The position numbers were made by a program, and so were the translations under genes. The notes under the pieces are model-generated. The model was not told the DNA's origin. It did no database searches and saw nothing but the letters and a program-made list of their open reading frames with translations. From Microbotryum violaceum (lineage: Eukaryota): 64,000 nucleotides of DNA. Location: positions 434,001 through 498,000 of the forward strand of contig CDLV01000019.1 of the NCBI GenBank assembly GCA_001244265.2, written 5' to 3'. Shown piece by piece: positions 26,429-39,912 of this stretch (positions are counted from its first letter, which is position 1; the number at the start of each line of letters is the position of its first letter).

Positions 26429-29400
26429 TCACCAACCTAACCTCCCCCTAAATCGAGTCAAGACCTCCTCGATCCTCAACAAAACACCCGCGGCGGCCCT
26501 TCCCGCTTTACCCTCATCTAACCCAACCTCCCCTCCATCGAGTCGTTCAAATACCTCCGTCGCCCATCCTTGACTCTCCCCAATCAAGTTCGAACCACCT
26601 TCGACGCGGCTCATCAGCGCTCGACCTCCGTCGAAAGAGACAATCGCGTCAAAGACGACGAGGAGGAGCGTCATTTCCTTCTCCAAAACCTGAGGGTGAT
26701 CTTCACTTCCGCCCGTCGTCCTGAGCGCGAGAACGAGATGTAAAACTTCCGGTGCCAACACGTCCGAAAAATTCGGTGTCAATCGGGCTGCGTGAAGTAG
26801 TAGTGCGAGGGTGGAGAGGTATTGCGTTAAGATTAAGGGATCGAGTAGGATGGCAGATCCTGATCCTCCCGCATAAGGACCTTGTTGTGTTATGGGCATG
26901 GAAGCGACTTCGCGGAGGTAGAGCCAAAAACGATTGATCAGAGGCATCACGAAATAATCCGAAGCGAGCAAGATAAAAGAACTCGTCGTCGAGCTTGTTC
27001 CGGAATGCAGTGATTTGGCCGAAGCGAAGCGTCGGACTCGAACTAGTTTTTCTTTTGACGCTTCGGGGATCGTCGATTCGGCTTCTTCCCTTACGGAAGA
27101 AAGGGTGATCCTCGTGACGTCCTCCGTCAAAACATCCAGTGCAGTCGGTCGAGAAGCCTCCAATAATCGCTTATGCATCGTAGGTGAGAGTTGTTTCGAG
27201 GGAAAGGTCGCGAGGTCGGGGACAACGGCTGGTTGTGCTAGAGCGAGCGACCCGTCTTTGATCTCAGCGGAGAGACCGGCGAGTTCGCGTGCGCCGAGTG
27301 CGAGGGCCGTTAGCATCGTGTATCTCTGAACGACCGAGTACGAAGGGGTAAAGTATTGTTCGATGATGCATCTGTTGAAGTTTACGAGACGGTTGACGAA
27401 TCAGTATCGTGCGATCTTGGCTTCGGATGAGTACAGCAACGTACGGAGCGACTTTGGTCGGACACGCAGCGACAAGCGCGATAATGATCTTGCGTTTCGA
27501 GTGTTCGAAGCCCTCAATATCGTATTGATCTTGAAGTCCCATCAGAGCGAACGCCAAATCCACCGCATTCTCCTCTGCAAGCTCACCAAAACCCAATCCA
27601 TCAGTCCCGATCGAATACCTCCGCAACGTTCAAACTGACCTAATTCCCCACCCCACCCCTTCTTCCTCCTCACCAACCCTTCCCCTTCCCTCAAACCCAC
27701 CTCGACCCTTTCCACCTCCTGATCAACCTCTTCCTTCTTCCCTTCTGGATCCAAACCTTTCAAATAGGCCGTCAACTCAGCGACATACACAGGCGGCCTT
27801 AACCTCCCGCCTCTTTTTCGGGTTGATGTTGAAGGGAGGGAGGAGGAGGGTATGGCTGTGGCGTAGAGTGAGGGGTCGGGGGAGCTGAGTGCGGCGAGTG
27901 TTGAGAGGGATGGTCCGGGGGCGATTGGGTAACGAGGAAGTTCGGAGGGGTCGGATTCGGAGGAGGAGTCGGATGAGATAGTGGAGATTACCGATATCAG
28001 GGGAAGTTTCTTGTCCTTCTCGACGGGGACGACGGGTGCAGGCGACGATCTGGTCGGAACGCGGTCCAGCTGAGCCTTGAGAGCCTCCTCTCTGTCGTCA
28101 AAGAAAGCGATCCCTAACACCTCTTGCCACCCCTTCGTATCCTCCGCATTACCCTTCTCGACCCCTCTCAAGAACCGACACAACCCCTTTCCCTCCCCAT
28201 CGCCCTCCCAAATCTCTTCCCCAAAGCTCAAAGCTTTCATCCCACTTCCCTCTGGTAATGCTTTGGCCGAAACGATCTCGGCGATCAACATGCCTAAAAG
28301 ACGGACGGTGCTTTGGAGGAGAGTGAGATGAGTTGAAATGGCTTGGATAAAGGTGGTGCAACGGGAGAGTGAGATTAGGGAGGGGTGAGCTGGGGGTAGG
28401 GAGGAAATGAGGAGGATGAGGAGGGTGGAGAGGACTGCGGAGAGGGGGCAAATTAGCTATGTACGATGTGGTAAATGAGGCGGTCAAGTTCGACCGTGTG
28501 CCTTACAAATTCGATTCGAAGCACCAGCATTTTGAATACTTGACGCATCACACCAAACTTTCATCACCAGATCCAAAGCTGCGATTCGCGTCTTCTCCTC
28601 CGTCCCGAGGAACCCCAACACGATACGAGCCATCTCCACTTCCTTGCCATTCCAAACCTTTGTCCGATCAGTGATCAGCTCGAACGCAAGATTCCACGTT
28701 TCTTCTCGTTCGGGTCCCAGAGGCCCAAAGAGTTCAGACAGGAGCCACGAAGCGGCGTGACAGCGGGCTATCGTCGTCGTCGAAGGATCTGGGACGTCGA
28801 AGAGCCGTTTTTGCACCTCGGACAGGGTCAATCGGAGCGAACGCGCGATGTGTCGATCGGACATGTCGAGGATGACTTCTTGCCATGATCCAGCAAGACG
28901 TTGGCGCGAGAGGAGAAGGTCAGCAGCAACGGGGAAGGTTGTAGGAGGTAAGAGATGGTACACGGTCGAGTTGAGTAAAGTGGGGATGGCGTCGGGGTAT
29001 GGGAGGAGGGTCGAGAGGGTCGTTGAGAGTGAGATGATCGAGTAGGACCGCTCGTCGGTCGTTTTGGACAAGGTGTGTAAGAGATCGGAGAAGGATCGAG
29101 CCCAGTGCTTGGTTTGATAACTGTGAGATGAGATGGGATTACTGAAATTAGGTGCAATGTCTTCGTGATGGGACGTCCACTTGGAAGAAATTCGGCTCTG
29201 ACCTGAGGTGCAAATTCTGCGGAACGTTTTGTCCTAGGGTCCCTTTTCCGACGGTCAACTCGCCCATCCTATTGGCGACCAAGATGGGCATCCCCATCAA
29301 AGTCTTGAAGATCCTCTCCCATCGATCTTCCCTGACTTGCATCGACACCCCCTCTTTGGCGAAAATGATGCGATATATCCGCTCGAGGGAGAATTGGTCG

Positions 29401-30008
29401 ACCCATTCGGATAAAAGTTGGACGACGAGATGAATAGACCGAGTATGGAGGGTTGTTTGAGCCGACGATGACTTGTGGGTTGATAAACACGAGCAGAGAA
29501 CTTGGAGTGCTGAAAGGGCGATCTCGTTGGAGAGGGAGGAAGCGTCGGTGTAGGCTAGGTTCGGGTCGGGAATGAACCAGCTCGAGAGGAGTTGACGGGC
29601 GATTATGGGTGAGCCTTGTAGCTCGGTAGATAGGGCGTGTTCCCAATCTGGCCAGATGCGTTCGAGGATGACCCTTTGTACGAGTGCGAGTTGACGCTTG
29701 ATGAACTTGGCCGGGTCCTGCGGTGGTGCAGCTACAGAAGAGGACGAGCCGGTCGAGGAAAGAAGAGAAGAAACCAGCTCTTGAGGGAGTGCACCTAGCT
29801 GAACCAACGGCGGGACAAGTAATTCAAGCAATTGATCGGTCGAAGTGATGGGGGCTGCCAAGCGTGTGTGTAGTGGAGGCGCAGAGAGGGTGGGAGCCCC
29901 TGAGTTGGAGTGGGAACTCGAGCTCGAGCTGGGGTCGACACTGACTTGTGTAGCACCCAGCTGCTTGGTGCTGGAGGAGACAACGTCGGTGCTGAAGATT
30001 ATGGCCAT
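26429..30008 (-). CDS. TEL2: Telomere length regulation protein TEL2 (TTT co-chaperone)
   Basis: GMLIAEIVS, RPPVYVAELTAYLK, ALMGLQDQYDIEGFEHSKRKIIIALVAACP, MLTALALGARELA and FPSKQL. Multi-exon. Confidence 0.85.
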
Positions 30009-30221
30009 AGTGTGGGAAGTAGGGTTTGCATCCCGTTGGAAGGAATGTACCGAGTGCAAGAGCCGTGCACGCGAGGCACGCGCACACCCTCGCACGCGCG
30101 CCCGGGAACGACAGGGAACGACGTCACTCTACGTCAACTCGGGCGCGTACGTTCTACTGTCGCTCTGTCTTTTCCTCTTGCGCTCGCACTTGCGATATCA
30201 AAGTCTACCTCTCCTCGAGAA

Positions 30222-31631
30222 ATGAAGCTCACCTACTTCCCCATCCGAGGTAAGCACACACAGTTTCAGGGCCCCAAGGTCTCCACTGATCCCACCAAAA
30301 ACCTCCGGCCTCCGCATCCCGACCTCGTTGCGAAACCCCCACATCTCCTCGATCGTCTTCACCCTCTCTCGCTCCGATTCTACAGGTCGAGCCGAACCGA
30401 TCCTCCTCCTCCTTATCGATTCCGGAACCGAGTTTGAACACGAGATTATTCAATACAAGGTGCGCAACTCCTACCGAGGCACTCTGCTCTCGTGATCTTC
30501 TCTCCATGACGGACGATATGACGTCGATTACACGTAGACTTGGGGTGATCTGAAAGCCAGAGGCGAGAATGGGCCGCCCAGTACGTTTGCTCTTCTCTTC
30601 AAGGATGCAGCTGTTCCAGATCACTGATTTTTTTTATTTTATTTTTTATTTTTTATTTTTTTATTTTATTTTATTTTATTTTCACTTTTACATAGACTTC
30701 CCCTTTGCGGCCTTGCCCGTGCTTACCTTTGGCCACGGAGCTCGGGGAGGCAATGATACCAAACTCGCCGAGACGGGCGCGATCCTCATGTTCCTTGAAG
30801 GTCAGTCGGGGAGTTGATTCCGAGGTGGAATAAATGCAAGGATGCTGATGTTTACTTTTATGAATAGGCAAATTCGCGGCTGCTGGAACGTCGCCGGTAA
30901 GCTTCCGAATAGAGAAAGATTTTTTGACCTCCGAGCGAACCTGATCCGACACCTACTCTTGTTCCCACACAGAGTCCACCCGACGCCAAAGCCGTACGTT
31001 CCAATCATCACCACTCTCCTCCACGCTCTCCACTGCTAACCTCCCCCGCCCCTCCTCCCCACAGCGCCTCGAAATGATACGCTGTGCCTCGTCCTTCCTT
31101 CTGACCCGTCTCTTCTCCCTCGTCTCCCCCACCTGGCTCGAACCCGCCTCACGAACGCACCTGCTACGTTCCTTGATCCACCCCTTCCTGTCCTCGCTCT
31201 CGCACCACCTCAGTTCAAGTTTCTTCCCGCCTCTCCTAACCCGTCCCTTGACGAATGGTCAACCAGGCACTTCATTGAGTCCTGCGGCGGCGACGGCATA
31301 TACTACCTTGTGCTTGATTCAAGAACTATTCCCTCATTCACTGGGACCGGGTCAGGGTGGGGGTATGATGAAGTATTTTCCACGATGTGAGCAATTACGG
31401 ACCTCGGTCGAGCAAAGACCTAGGATAAAGGATTGGATCGAGAGTGGGAAAAGGGAGGTCGAATGGACGACTCGTCGTGGAGGGGAGTTGAAAGTGATCA
31501 AGAAGATGGCGGATAAGTATGATCGGGTCGAAGAGGTGGAGGAGTTGTTTGGCCACGGTAAGAAGGGCAGAGGGGAGAGGGTCGGGATGGAGGGGGTGAG
31601 GGAGGAGGTCGAGTTGGATACGGGTGTATAG
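30222..31631 (+). CDS. Glutathione S-transferase
   Basis: Exons give MKLTYFPIR|GRAEPILLLLIDSG...FPFAALPVL...KLAETGAILMFLE and a C-terminal FP...RPRIKDWIESGKR. Confidence 0.8.
30627..30682. repeat. (TTTTA)n AT-rich microsatellite in a GST intron
   Basis: Imperfect tandem ttttta/tttta run directly upstream of the acceptor. Confidence 0.85.
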
Positions 31632-31697
31632 GGATCGAGCCAGCGGTTCACGTCGTATCTTACAATACTTTTTAGACGCAAATTCAGCCTTGCCATG

Positions 31698-32986
31698 TCA
31701 TTCCTCGTCACTACTTTCACTAGACCCAATCGAATCATCCTCCTCCTCCTCCTCGTCACTCTCCTCCTCTTGGACCTTGCCAACATCCCAAGCCCTCTCA
31801 TCACCTCGCTTACCCCAAATCACCTCCTCTTCTTCTTCTTGATCAGCACCCTTTCTCCGTTTCTTCTCCAACGAAGGTTTCTGACCCCAAGTCGAAGAAC
31901 GTTTCTTCACCCCCTCCATCCCAGCAGGTTTACGGAACCCCGACCCAAACTCCAAGTCGACCCCTCCGGAAAAGTTCATCCCTTCCCCCCCATCCTCATC
32001 CTCATCCTCGTCCTCGTCAGCTTCACCCATCATCCGAGCCTCGACTTTTCCAAACGCGTTATTCTTCCCCTTCCCCTTCCCTTTCGAATCGGAATCCTTT
32101 CTCCGAATCAAACTCGTTGCGGTGATCGACTTGGCGAGGTGATTAGGCGAGGCTTTCTTTTTGGAAGGTTTTGAATCATCCTTCGACGTCTTGTCCTTGG
32201 TGGATCCTTCTTCGGTTTTGACTTTGGAGGTACGAGCGAGGGAAATTTGTGGGTTCGTCAAGAGCTATTTCAAAAAAAAAAAACGAACCCAAAATCAGGA
32301 TCATTAGAATTCTTTTCATCGTCTTGCGGAGTAAGCGGCGGGATAGCGTAACGCTTTTGAAAACGTACCTCAATTTCCTCATTCGCACCGCCGTAAGAAT
32401 ACCTTGCCATCAATGGGAATTGAGAGGTCGAGGTAGAAGAAGCGGAGTTTAGGTTCGAGTTATTAGGTGCTGTCGTTGGGGAGTAGGTTTGTTGAATGGA
32501 AGGGAAGTGGAGTAAGGATTGACTGGTGGTGATCAGACGACGTTTCTTGCGCCTTTTTTTAAAGGGGTCACGTGCGATTAGTTAAAGAGTCCGCTCCGAT
32601 CTCTCTCGGAATAAGCGAGATGCGAGAGAGTTCAAAGGAGCCCAATGATTCAAAACGTACCCATTGTTCCCGTTCCCGTTCCCGTTCCCGTTCCCGTTCC
32701 CGTTCCCGTTCCCGTTCCCGTTCCCCTGCCCCAATCTCGTACCCAAAGTCGTCGTCGCGCCTCTCCAAACTTGCCCATCTTGTTCCTGCAAAGTAGTAGA
32801 ACTTGCTACCACCACCGGTTCTTGTTCCTCACTCTTCACCTCCTTCTTCACCCCCTCCTCCTTCGTACTAGTAGGAACGTGATTAGGTGGGGTTGGCTGC
32901 GAAGCGACGACCCTTTGCATGAACTTGAGGCCCATCGTGCCTTTGGAGAAGGTTCGGGGAGGAGCTGCTGGTGGACCGGAAGGCAT
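31698..32986 (-). CDS. MPP6: Mpp6-like nuclear exosome cofactor
   Basis: N-terminal FSKGTMGLKFMQR, second-exon ARYSYGGANEEIE (GRxSFGGFNxEIE-like) and FRKP motif. Three exons. Confidence 0.65.
32666..32725. repeat. (GTTCCC)10 hexanucleotide repeat encoding poly-(GN) in MPP6 exon 1
   Basis: Ten perfect copies counted. Donor GTACGT follows ...GNNG on the minus strand. Confidence 0.9.
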
Positions 32987-33400
32987 GGCTTTTTATTCTT
33001 TGGGAGGGGAGAAACAGGTGGGTGGGGGCGGTTGAGGGTGTGGGGCGGGAGGTCAAGGTGAGTTGGGTTGGTGTGGGTGGGGTGGGGGAAGAGGATGAAC
33101 GGGATTTGAGCCAAAGAGCGCGCGGGTGGGCTTTCGACGGATCCGGGCTGGGTTGAGAATGATCCGGGTCATCCAAGTCCATTTCGAGAGCTGCGCACAT
33201 CTTCTTCGAGTCCGTTATCGCAATGAAAACAAATCCCCATCACAAGATATATACAACACAAAGCACCCATTGGAAACCCCCCCCCCCCTTCGAAGCGAAC
33301 AAGCCCAAAGCCGGATTCTCGGACAAAAAGATTCCTCCTCCATCCTCATTATCCTTCAGCGTCCTCCCCCAATACGACTTGCGCCTATCCCAACATCCCC

Positions 33401-34780
33401 CTATGCTCCTGTTCCTTCTCCTTCTACATCCGAACCCCCTTCCATGACCTTTCCCGTTCCCGTTTCCTTCCCCGTTACCGAAACGGTTTCCTTTGATTTC
33501 TTCGGTTCCATCCTCAATACCACACCACGTAAGGCCCTTCCCCACTGTACAAAAAGAAACAACCGCGCTCGAAATCAGTTTTCAAGGAAAATAAATAAAT
33601 AAGAAATCACCACTCTTTCCGATCGTACTGGACTGACCCCACCCCTCAAAGGTTTCCTACACACCGGACAATGTTTATCCAGTTCACCCGGTGGTGGTGG
33701 TGGTGGAAGAGGAGGAGGAACTTGTTGCCTGTTCCTATTCGGTGGATGATAAATCTCGTAATCATCCAATTCTTCTTCCTCGTTGTCGTCGTTTTCGATT
33801 CGTTCGTCCCAAGGTGGTGTTGGATGATGCGCATAAGTTGATGCTCCTCCTCCATAGGATGATCGACTTCGATTATTCGTAGTAGTTGGTCCTACCCTTG
33901 ACCGATTCCGTCCTCGAGAGGGGTTAAAAATTCCTCCTCCTCCTCCTGCTGGATTTATTCGCCTACCGAAACCATTCGCTCCATAATTTCTTTCGACCTC
34001 TGCTGCGACTCGAGGAGGTGGAGGGGTTAATTCAGGACCTGCTAATAAAGCGGCGTGTAAACAGGGTGCGCAGAAAACGTGTCCGCAGGAAGTGGCGGCG
34101 ATGGGTACGGGAGGTCCGAAACAGATTGGACAGGTTAGGTTCGATAGAGAAGTAGGTTGGGAAGGTGATCGAGATCGAGATCGAGATCGAGAGTGAGAAC
34201 TGGAGCGGGAGCGGGAGCGGAGACGTTTACGTTTGGATGGGACAGGGGCGGTGGTTTGAGGTTGGGAAGAGTGGAGGATGAGCAACGATTCGTCGTCTTG
34301 TGCGGCGGGGGACGATCGTTCGGCTTGATCGTCGGTCAAGTCCAAAACGGGCGTTTCGGCTCGACTAAAAGTGCTGGTCGTCGCTTGATCCCGATTCTGA
34401 CGACTGCTCTGCAGCGTTCGTTGGGGGTGGGCGCGGAATTGGGTACGAGTAGTAGTAGTAGTAGTAGTAGTAGCTGCTCCCGCGATGGCAACGGCGACTC
34501 TGGAAGCGGGTCTCATCCTCACTGGAGGAGGCAGGCCGCGCTCGTCATCGGTATCCGGTTCGCTATCGGACTGTACAGCATGGTCAGCGGTCGGTCGTGG
34601 GTGGGTGGTGGGGGCAGGTGCACTCTCGGCTGGTGAGGAAGCCAAGTTGAATCGAGTCGAGTCAAGTGGAGGCGTGGCGCGAGCTGCAACGGATGGCAAC
34701 ACAGGACTCGAGTGCAGAGCTGAGGTGGAGGTGGATGCTGATGCTAATGCTAATGCTGATGCAGAAGAGGTCGATGCCAT
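33401..34780 (-). CDS. C3HC4 RING E3 ligase with SIM-like motifs (Slx8/Rfp/RNF4-like STUbL)
   Basis: PVLDLTDD and ESLLIL (SIM-like); CPIC...CGHVFCAPC...CPVCR. Last exon WGRALRGVVLRM...*. Confidence 0.7.
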
Positions 34781-34988
34781 TCGTCACGGGCCTGATGGAG
34801 ACACGCAAAAAGTGGCGGTGGTCAAAACAAAGTTTTCACGCGTCGACGCGAGAGGCCAAGACTGAAATTGAGAAATTGACGAATAGCCGGGAATGGCTGA
34901 CTGATTAGTAAAACGGAAACCACGGGCAAGCTTAATCCAAGTCACGCTCCCTTCCACTCCGTCTCTCCTCGCGGCTACCATCCACAAG

Positions 34989-37900
34989 ATGGATCCAGAC
35001 GAACCGCTCTCTGCACCGATCATCAAACGACGCAACCTCAAAGGCGTACGACCGTCGTCTTCGTCGTCGTCACTTCGTTCTTGGGGCGCTCACGTGCCTG
35101 ACCCGCTGCGTCCGGAGCAGGCTGACTCCGATACGACCTCGGCACCCGGCACTCCTTGTACGGGTAGCACAAACGGGGTCGGTACTAGTACGCTGGAGGA
35201 TGGGCAGGAGGACGCGGTCGTGTTTCGGAGGACCAAGAACAAGAAAACGCCTCGAGGTGCAGTCTTGGCAGCTTCGACCAAGCCGCGGCCGATCAAGTCG
35301 AGTTTGAGTATAGGACTCTCCCTCCCAGACGAGGTACGTTCACACACCCCCAAGTCCCCCCCCAAGTAGCTCAAAGTAGCTCAATCATCCTTGGCTGATT
35401 CGTGCTTGCCTTTTTCTAGGATGAAGCCGATTCGTTCGTGCTCACCAAACGAACGTCTTTACCCGCCCGAAAACTCCTCTCCGTACCCGACCATCACACC
35501 ACCACCCAAGCAATCCCCCCTCCAACTTCGACCCTCTCCCCGCAGAAATCATCCCTGTCCTCGGTCTATTCGAGCGAATACCTCCAAGAATTGAAGAGCG
35601 CCACCTTGTCGACCCCACCACCACCACCAATCACGACGACCTCCACGACCTCGCACGACGGTTTAACCCTTTCCAAATTCGCTTCCCGTTTCGCCACTTT
35701 AGACGATCGTCAGTCCACCTCAATTCTCACTTCCCCCACGCGCGCCCTTGACCTGACTTTTAGCAACTCCTTCCTCCTCACAGCCACAGCCCAACCCGAA
35801 TCTTCACCGATCCCGACCACAGCAGCGATCGCCTCTGCCAAAGCCCGACGAGAACGTATTCGTACCCAAGGACCACCCAATGATTTCATTTCCCTAGAAA
35901 TCGCTCCCTCGAAATCTGGATCCCAATCTCGCCTGGTTAGAGAAGACGATGATTTAGGTGATGATGGCATGGACCGAAGGGCTGATTTTGAAAGTTCTTT
36001 GCCTTTGGGTAAGAAGGCTACGATGGTCAAGAGGAGGGAGGAGAAGGAAGGTATGATGAGGTTGATTGATGAGGCCGAGGAGGAGATGGAGGAAGAGGAC
36101 GATGAGGAGGTGAGGGAGTGGGAGGAGAGACAGTTGGCGAGGGTGAACGAGAGGAGGGGAGCGGAAGAGCAGGTGCGTTTGTTTTTCTGTTTTCGGACTT
36201 AGTTTTGGGGTGGTTCGGTGGTGTTGATGGCCTTGTTGATGTACAGACCTCCGCTCAACCGACTTATGTCCCTACGCCGATCCCACAAACTTCAACCCTC
36301 CCAACCCTATCCAACGTCCAAGCCCGCCTCTCAGCAGGTCTAAACACCCTCGAATCATCCCGAACACTCGACGTCGCCGCATTGAACCATTTCGAAAAAG
36401 AGAGGAACGAATTGGATACACAAGAAGGGGAATTGCGCTCCGAGGCGACAAGGATCGAGGAGAAGAATAGATGGTTCAACGATTTCAAGAACTTCATTGA
36501 AGACGTGGCCGCGTTCTTGGATGAGAAGGTCCGTTTCGGGGAAGTTTTGGTTTTCGTACGTGCAGTGCTGAGATTCGTTTCTGTTTTTTTTATATAAAAA
36601 AACAGTTTCCGGCTTTGGAAAAGATTGAAAAGGAAAACTTGGCGATTCAGAAAGAACGTTACGAGATCGTTTCGAGGCGGAGGTTCGAGGACGATTCGGA
36701 TGACGTTGCGCTCTTCACTGGAGCGAGCGTACCTTCGGTTTTCAGTTTGGATCCCCAGGCCTCCCCAGAAGATGATGAGGACAAGGATGGGGAAGAGGAA
36801 GAAGTGGATGAAATGGGTCGATCGACACGGAGAACGGAAGATCGATTCGGACCGAGATCAGGAGCTCGTGTAGCTCGTCGCTCAGCTCGAGAACGACGAC
36901 TCGAAAGTCGAAAAGCGCTTTATCAACCCAACGGGATTGTCTCAACAGCCGAAGAAGACTCCGCAATGTGGACCGATGACGATCTCATCTCCGCCGATTC
37001 AGCCGACTTGGCAGACGCCTTGACCTTCCTTCAAGACCTCCGTAAAGCGCTCTTCGAGGATGTCAGAGTCGACGATTTCAGGGATCCGAATTTGGGAATC
37101 AGGAAGAAATTCGAAGAGTGGAGGAGTACGTATAGAGAGGATTATGAGAATGCTTACGGGGGACTGGCCTTGGTCGGTGTTTGGGAATTTTGGGCAAGGG
37201 TCGAGATGGCGTTATGGAATCCCTTTGGGGTGCGTCCACTGCGGATCTTTGGGGAAGTTTCAAGATCATTCGCTGACGTTCTGTTGGCGTGCGTTGATCT
37301 AGATTGATCAATTGGCCAGAACCCCGAGCGGACTAGATTCCTACCATTGGCACTCGAGTCTCACAGCCTTCGGCCACGCCTCCCACCCCAACGGCGGAGC
37401 AGACGACGATTCCCACATGGACGAAGACGATGCCCCTCCAGACGAATCTGCCGAAGTCGTTAATGCGTTGGTCACGTCGGTCGTGATACCGAGATTGATC
37501 GCTTTGGCGAAAGCTTCGTATGATCCGTGGTCCAAGAAACAAACGATGAAGGCGTTGGCGTTGGTTGATGAGGTTTCTTATTGCGTGGAGACGACGAGTC
37601 CAAAATTTGAAGTAAGAATCGCGACCTTTCTCTGGGGTTCGGGAAAGAACCAGAGAATTCTGACTCCCCCAGATATTTCAATTGCGCAGTCCCTCGTCCA
37701 AGCCTTTCTCACCCGTCTTCAACTCGGCATAATCCAAGCCTCGACGCTCATCCTCCCGCATCTGAACCAACTCAGTCTTCCCTCCAACGCCTTCGACCCC
37801 TCGACTTTTCTCGCTCGAGAACGCTTCCTCCTACGCCAACTCAAGCTCTTACAAAACGCTCATAAATGGAGGAGGTACGCGAGGAATTATAGATTACCCC

Positions 37901-38136
37901 TTTCGACCGTGCCTTCAACTCCAACGACGACTCCGCATCAATTCACCGAGATCGGTTCAGGCGCGAGCTTTGATGAATTACTTCAACGTGATTTGGTAGC
38001 GAAGGTGATGTTACCCGTTATTGAGGCGAGTTGGTCGACGGGGGGTGAGAAAATCGCGGGGAAGGTGTTGATGGTTTTTCAGGAGGCGGATTGGATTCCG
38101 GCGTTGAGGAGGAGGTTGGAAGGGGGAGGAGAATAG
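34989..38136 (+). CDS. NTR2/GCFC (PAXBP1-like) spliceosome disassembly factor
   Basis: YSSEYLQELKSAT, IPTTAAIASAKARRER, DFISL, SRLVREDDD, LFEDV..DF...IRKKFEEWR..Y..DY.NAY and YDPWS. About six exons. Confidence 0.8.
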
Positions 38137-39912
38137 GGTTGGAAGGGGATGAGGTGGTCGTCTTCGTCGTCGTCGGGGGGTGGATATGAAATATATCGTG
38201 AAATCTAACCCATATGGGAGATGTTCGACGCAGATAACCCGATTAACAGTTGCAGTACGCCTAGCATCGTTGCTTTTCCTCAAGCGAGGCGGCGTGAGCA
38301 TCTCTGCTCAATCATGAGTAGAAGGTGCTCTAGCTTTTTAGTTGAGCTACGAGTTCAATGAGTCCGGTGAATCGTGACGATATCCTGACCGATTGTCGGC
38401 CCAAGTGTGAACAAAGGAAAAAAAGCGTGACACAGTTCAAGGCGCTCTTCCGCGACATGAGTGTGTTGGCGACGGGATGTCAATGAACTTGCAACACCCA
38501 GATCGGAACTTCGCGCGCCAAGCTAACAGGTCGCAATTCCGCTCGAAGCTCAGATCTGCAAGAACCATTTGAAGCACCAGTCAGAATGAATGAGCAAAAA
38601 AAGGAGGTCCTTCCGCGAGCAGCCTCCAGCCCAGGTTCTCGAGCACCGTCCGGCAAAAAAAAAGGAGAGCGAACTCGAATTTGGGAGACGAATTCGCGGG
38701 CGCTAGTATTGCAAGTAATACGCCGAACAGTCTCCGACTGGACGAAGTTTGTGCCGATCTCTATTGAATCTGAGTAGTGAATATATTAGTTCCTTTGGTC
38801 TGGGCTTAGGTGCGAATTTCCCCGCGACACTGCACAGCCTCGCGAAGAAACTGGCGGGGCCGCGCAAGCAAGGGAAGGCAAAACCGGGAAGGCGGCAAAG
38901 CAAAAAAATGAGTGAGCGACAGGCGATGTTGCGAGTGAAGATGGCTGGTTTCTAGCAAGAAGGAACAATTGCCTTCGACTCAACTCGCTTGGGGCGCACC
39001 TTGGTCGCATTTGGCAATCGGCTGCAACCGGAGGCAACCGGAGGCAACCGGCGGCAGGATGAGAAACGTTCTCTAAAGTTCGGCGTCTCCTGTGGGTCTC
39101 CCTCTTGCCACGTAGCCCGCTGGATCACCTCCAGCTGTCCAGGTGCCAACATCGCAACCGCAGGGTACCTCGACAACACCACAACGTAAGTAGAAGCTGT
39201 ACATGAATCACGCCGAAGTTGATGCCCATGCCCAAGTCACCGAAGTTGACTTCGCTGGTCGTCGATTTTCGTCCCCGTCGCGTCAGCAGCCTCTCCTGAC
39301 CGAACGACGCGAGCGTCGAGCAAGCGCCGATCGTCCCTTACTCCCCAAGGTAGCGCAAAGCGTGACAAAATGTAGAATATTAGCATCATTGGTGAGCTGT
39401 TTCCAGCACTACTTCCCCTTGCTCCGTCGCGACGTCTGCCGCACTGCCAGGCGACACTTGGCGGCCGACCACGCTCCTAAATGGGGATTTATCTCCTCTT
39501 AGTTCAGAGAGCTAATGAAGCGTCTTGTCGTCCACGGCCGATCAACGCCCCGGCTGAAGTCCACAAAAAGACACCGAAGCCCTTGACAAATGAACATGAC
39601 GAAACTACCGAACAAAACAGCAACCTCAACGGGGATCTCACCGAGGATCGGCAGTTTCGTCTACGGGACGACGATGCAGTGAGGACTGCAACGGTTCTGG
39701 CGATGACTCTGAAGAGTCCGGCGGCGATGGTGATGTCGACCCCTTTGCCGAACAAAAATAATTGACCAACCGTCATTGAAGGTAAGCGGATATGCGCAGT
39801 GATTCTGGTCGGATTTTGCACGTGCTAAATGCTAGCCTTCATGATCTCCAGCACTTCTTTCCTACGTACGCCAAAGCCGTCGTTGCGCTCCCAAAGCCGG
39901 GGCTATGCTATG

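Noticed and set aside
38296-38330. Short hairpin GAGCATCTCTGCTCA-atca-TGAGTAGAAGGTGCTC
   Set aside because: Short and imperfect; could arise by chance and has no supporting context.
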